Positions 59,834-64,000 of a stretch of 64,000 bases of DNA are shown piece after piece. The stretch lies in assembly GCA_029717555.1 (NCBI GenBank), contig JAMDHS010000031.1, positions 1-64,000 on the forward strand, written 5' to 3'. Position 1 is the first letter of the stretch. Each line of letters opens with the position of its first letter. Both the position numbers and the translations under genes were made by a program. Under the pieces are notes generated by a model that had not been told where the DNA came from, did not search any database, and saw only the letters and a program-made list of their open reading frames with translations. This DNA comes from Peribolospora baueri. Taxonomy: Eukaryota.

Positions 59834-62056
59834 ATGTTCCCCACGCTGAACCTCATCCGCGCCCCATGTCCTGATCACGAACAGGGCGTGTGTACCGACA
59901 AGCGCTTTCGTTGTCCTTTCTCACACGACATACGTGCCGCTGCGTCCAGCTCGGTGTCGGCGACGGCGCCGGTTCCTGTAACAAGACCTGCTGTGAAGGT
60001 CGCCGCTCCTTCCTCTACGACCGCCTCTCCTTCGGACAGCATTCAACGCAGTGAGCAGGGCTCTCGTCTTGCGGCGCCTATTGCACCCTCGCTGAAAGGC
60101 ATCCTGAAGAAGCGGTCTATGTCACCGCCGTCGGAACCTCGGCCAGCAAAGGCGGTGAAGCCGTCTCCTGTCCCTCCCCCTAGCACAGTCACGACGTCAA
60201 CAGTGGTAAAGAAGGAAGAGAAACCAGCGCGCAATGCATATGTGAAGCGACTCGCCGAACAGAGAGTTGGGATGGGCTCTGGGACTTCGGTACCCACTGT
60301 TTCTGTCGGGGAGTCACCGCGAAAGGAGAACAAGGCGGCCGCCACGTTGGTTTCAAAGAAGCTTGCGGAAAACGTCATCAAGCTTGAGAATGGGACGGTT
60401 CAGGCGGTAAGTCGATAAGGCTCTCCGGGCCTTGAAGGAAGGAGCTCACTCCATCTCCTCCGCCTTCTCAGGACCTGAAGCCCAAGCTGGCTCTCATCCC
60501 CAACTCGTACATGCCTCTTCCACAACGCCAGCGTACTCTGGATGCCTTATACGCGCAGCTCGCTCAACATTACGCCGTCCTGCTACCCCGTCACCCCAGA
60601 TTGGCCGCCGAGCACGCGCTGATGCAAGAGGCAGAGGTGTATGCGGCCAACAACAAGCACAGCTATAAGACCGCATCCATCTCGGCGCTCGTCGCGATCA
60701 AGAAGAGGAAGCCAATTGACAGGAAAGAGGCGAAGGCGTCTTTAGACGAGCTCACCGAAGTGGGCACGCAAAAGCAAGTGGAGGAGAAGCGTAAACGTGA
60801 AGAGCAGAGGCGAAAGGGCCGGCTTTCTGCCAGTAGGCTGGAGCGCTATCTCCTCCCAGTATCGGATTTCGACAAGTGGGGCTACATGGCGTCCCCACCT
60901 CCCGGTGTTGGTTCGACGAAGCCGTCGTTGACGGGACAGAAGACAGCTTGCACCCGATGCGGCTCCACGTTTGTCGTCCTCCCGCCGTCGCATCCAGAGT
61001 TCTCCGGCCGGCATGCCTGCTCGTATCACCATGGCCGAAAGCACTGGTCGAAAGGGCGCGGGGAGAAAAAGCTGCTTTGGAGCTGCTGCAAGCTTCCGAT
61101 CGCCGAAGAGGGACCGAACGGGCAAGGTGCCTGCAGTTGGGGCCCGCATGTGTTCAAGGAGGAGGATGTGGAGGCGTTGCACGAACGAGAGGCGTTCATC
61201 AGTATAGGTGATTTGGCAAACGAGTCGAGGAAGGCCGCAAAGGGCAAGGGCCGAGCGAAAGACGATGACGACGACGGTCAAGACGACGGAGCGCAGTTGG
61301 CTATCGCCGCCCTAGATTGCGAGCTTTCATACACCACGGCCGGAATGTCATTAACTCGGCTCACCGTTATCGATGGGGAAGGGCGGACGGTCTTGGACGA
61401 GCTGGTTGCTCCAGGTCGACTGAACGCCCAAGAGGACGACAAAGGTAGGGTGGACGTCCTGGACCTCAACACGCGGTGAGTCTTTTCCCTCCCGTCCCGC
61501 GCCGTCTACCACACTCGACTCAATTTTGCTTCGCCCCTTTCCCCGCCCACCGGCCAGGTTTTCCGGCATAACCGACCTCTCTATGGCCGTCTTCGACCTG
61601 CCTAGCATCCGAAAGGAATTGGCACGGTTCGTTGGCCCGCAGACAGTGCTCGTCGGTCACGGTCTCGAAAATGACCTCAGGGCGCTCAGGTTGACACACC
61701 AGAGAATCGTTGATACCGCTATAGTGAGTCGACGAGCTACTCGGCCTTGGCAAGACGACTGGCTGACGCATGAGCTTGGGGACGCTGTCACAGCTCTTTC
61801 CCCATCCCAAAGGTCCACCGTTCCGACCGGCGCTCAGGGATCTCACCAGTCAGCATCTTGGCAAGTTCATTCAGGTGAGCAAGCGCCAGCCTGCGATTGG
61901 CTATCTGACCCGTCCTTTCCAACCGGCGCTCACAGTCTCTCGTCCTCGGGACAGGACTCCGACCCATCTATCGGTCACTCGTCCGCGGAGGACGCCAGCA
62001 TGGCCTTGGAGCTCGTCCGCTGGCGAGTGGTCCGTGACCAGGAGAAGGGATTATGA
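59834..62056 (+). CDS. REX3: RNA exonuclease Rex3/REXO1-like (DEDDh)
   Basis: N-terminal C..C..CPFSH zinc finger and CxRC...YH-x-G...CC...C..GPHVF region. ExoI ALDCE, NTRFSGI, GHGLENDLRALR, HSSAEDA. Confidence 0.88.
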
Positions 62057-62268
62057 GCGCGTCGGACGACGTTCAGATAATGTACACGGTGCACGTTGCG
62101 CACTCGGGACGACCAAGTTGCCCAAAGCAAAAAGCTGTGAACATGTGATCACGGATGGGAGGCAGAATAAGAGACAGAGAACGATTCTATCCAAGCTAGT
62201 TCCATGTCCTTTTTTTTTTCCTTTCCATGCTCTCATGGTTCCGTCCGTTCGTCCGTTCGAGTCGCCCC

Positions 62269-64000
62269 TTAGAGCTTGCTCTTGCCGGCCGGAAGCCCAT
62301 CTCCTCCAGCAGCGACAGGCCACTTCCCTGGCAGCCCGTCCCTCTTCCTCGCGTCCTCCACCTCCTGAACGATCTGGTCAGAAATGAACAGATCGAGCCC
62401 GAGCTCGTCCATAGGTACGGTGGCAAACTTCGCAAGTTCGGCATTGGTCAGGCGGGACGGCGTGACGGTGGGAGAGGGGTGCGGCCGACGGAGGTAGAGC
62501 TCGTCGATGAGGAAGTTGCCACTGAGGAGGGGGAGAACGGAAGAGATGAGAGAAACGGAAAGAGATTCATGTTCAGTCGACGAAATTCGCAAGCGGTGGC
62601 CAAAACCCGCGCGTTCACGACGACGACGACGGCGGCGGTGCGACTGACCTGAACGTCTTCGCGTCCTCCTTGAAGATGCGCACCGCCGCTTCGGCCATGA
62701 TCTCCGGCGCGCGGTGCTTTTCCGGCTTTCCGGAAGGGTCGACCAGGAGCATGGCCGACGTGCCAACGGTCGTGTAAGGCCACAGACCTGTCCGCGCGAT
62801 GCGATGCGAGGGAGAAAAAAAAAAAAAAAAAAAAAAAAACGAAGGACGGATGAGCGCAAAGCCTGACTGGTGACCATCACTAACCGGCATGCTGCATTTC
62901 GTTCAACGAGCGTCCGCAGCATGGACGCTCACAGTTCGCGGCGATCTCCCCACTCGTCTCCCCAGCGACGCCGAGCATGGCGAGGCTCATTGCGTACTTT
63001 GCCATCGCATACCCGGTGCAACCGGAGAAGTGCCTCTGGACGACATTGGATTGGAGTGGAGGGGAGAGAGTGAGGATGTGAGGGTTGCGTCCGGCTTCGG
63101 CCGAGGCTAGTAGGTGTGGGAGGGCGTGATGGGTGAGCATGTAGGTGCCTCGGGCGTTGATAGAGTGCATGAGGTCGAACTGAGGGACAAACAAATGAGG
63201 AGGGGTGGGGAGATGCCTTCAGTCCGCGGCGTCATGCTAATCGGCGACGATGAGCGCGTGCGTGTAAACGTGAACTTACCGACTTCATCGGCAGGGTCTC
63301 AGCTGGCTGGAGGTTAATAGCCGAGGCCTGCAGGAAGGAAGAACGGTGGAAATCTGGGTCAGTCAAACGAAGCGCCACCCCGCCCCCGCTTCTCCTCTCC
63401 ACCCCAGCCGATGCGCGCGCACACACACGTTGTTGATCAATATATCGAGCCCGCCGAAGCGCTCTACGGTCTTGGCGATAGCTTCTTTGACGGCCTCTTC
63501 CGAGCGCACGTCGACTTGCAGAGCGAGCGCCTTTCCACCCGCGCGCTCGATCTCTGCGGCGGCGGTGTGGATCGTGCCGGGAAGCTGAGAGAAGTCGGAA
63601 ACGGAAGACGGTAGGAAGGGAGATGTGACAGAGGTGGCGAACAGGGCGCGTGAGTAGGAGATCCGAGTCGGACAGACTCACTGGACCGACAGCTTAGTCG
63701 GTACTCGTCCTCCAGTGCCCCCTCCCCTTATCTCCGTTCGTCATGCTCACCTTGGGATGCGGCTCAGCGCTGTCCTCGACAAAAATGGGGGCCGGAGGGG
63801 AATATGCAAAGGATGGAAAGATGAGCAGCGAGGGGCGAGTAGGCTTCGATCCACCTGTCGGACTCATTCATCATTCGGTCGAGCCGTGGCCGACGGCGTC
63901 GGCCCCGGCCATCAACCTCTCTCCCACGCAGCATCCGACCCGTTCGCCCGCCCAACATGCAGCACGCACGCCCTCTCCCTCTCTCTCCTCCACGCCGCCG
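62269..64000 (-). CDS. HSDL2-like short-chain dehydrogenase, peroxisomal (5' end outside window)
   Basis: EPHPK|LPGTIHTAA, GGLDILINN|ASAI, FDLMHSINARGT, NPHILTLSPP, YAMAK (YxxxK), GNFLIDE, C-terminal SKL*. Confidence 0.9.

Noticed and set aside
62815..62839. Poly-A run as a retroelement tail
   Set aside because: It is a poly-T tract within an intron of the minus-strand SDR gene; no target-site duplication or element body seen.

Overview
GC-rich, intron-dense fungal genomic DNA. GTGAGT donors, CTGAC-type branch points and (C/T)AG acceptors, together with the gene set, point to a basidiomycete. About 15 protein-coding genes can be supported. In order: a disordered protein with a PP1-docking motif (runs off the left edge), an Rcr1-like membrane protein, a VOC/glyoxalase protein, an intronless GH43, a secreted GH76, UGGT (ends HDEL), a 1.46-kaa disordered orphan, NRDE-2, a velvet-domain regulator, an MFS transporter, a secreted KEX2-type repeat precursor, a Ran-binding-domain protein, a SAM methyltransferase, UBP8, a REX3-like exonuclease and a partial HSDL2-like SDR ending SKL. 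The most interesting element is the repeat precursor at 50476-51490. Kex2 cleavage would release His-rich peptides that start W-L-H (ATCUN-like) and carry an N-glycosylation sequon. Its two introns are paralogous, and a fourth repeat is stranded out of frame. No tRNA, rRNA, CRISPR array or intact transposon was recognised. All exon models were read by eye and no database searches were run.
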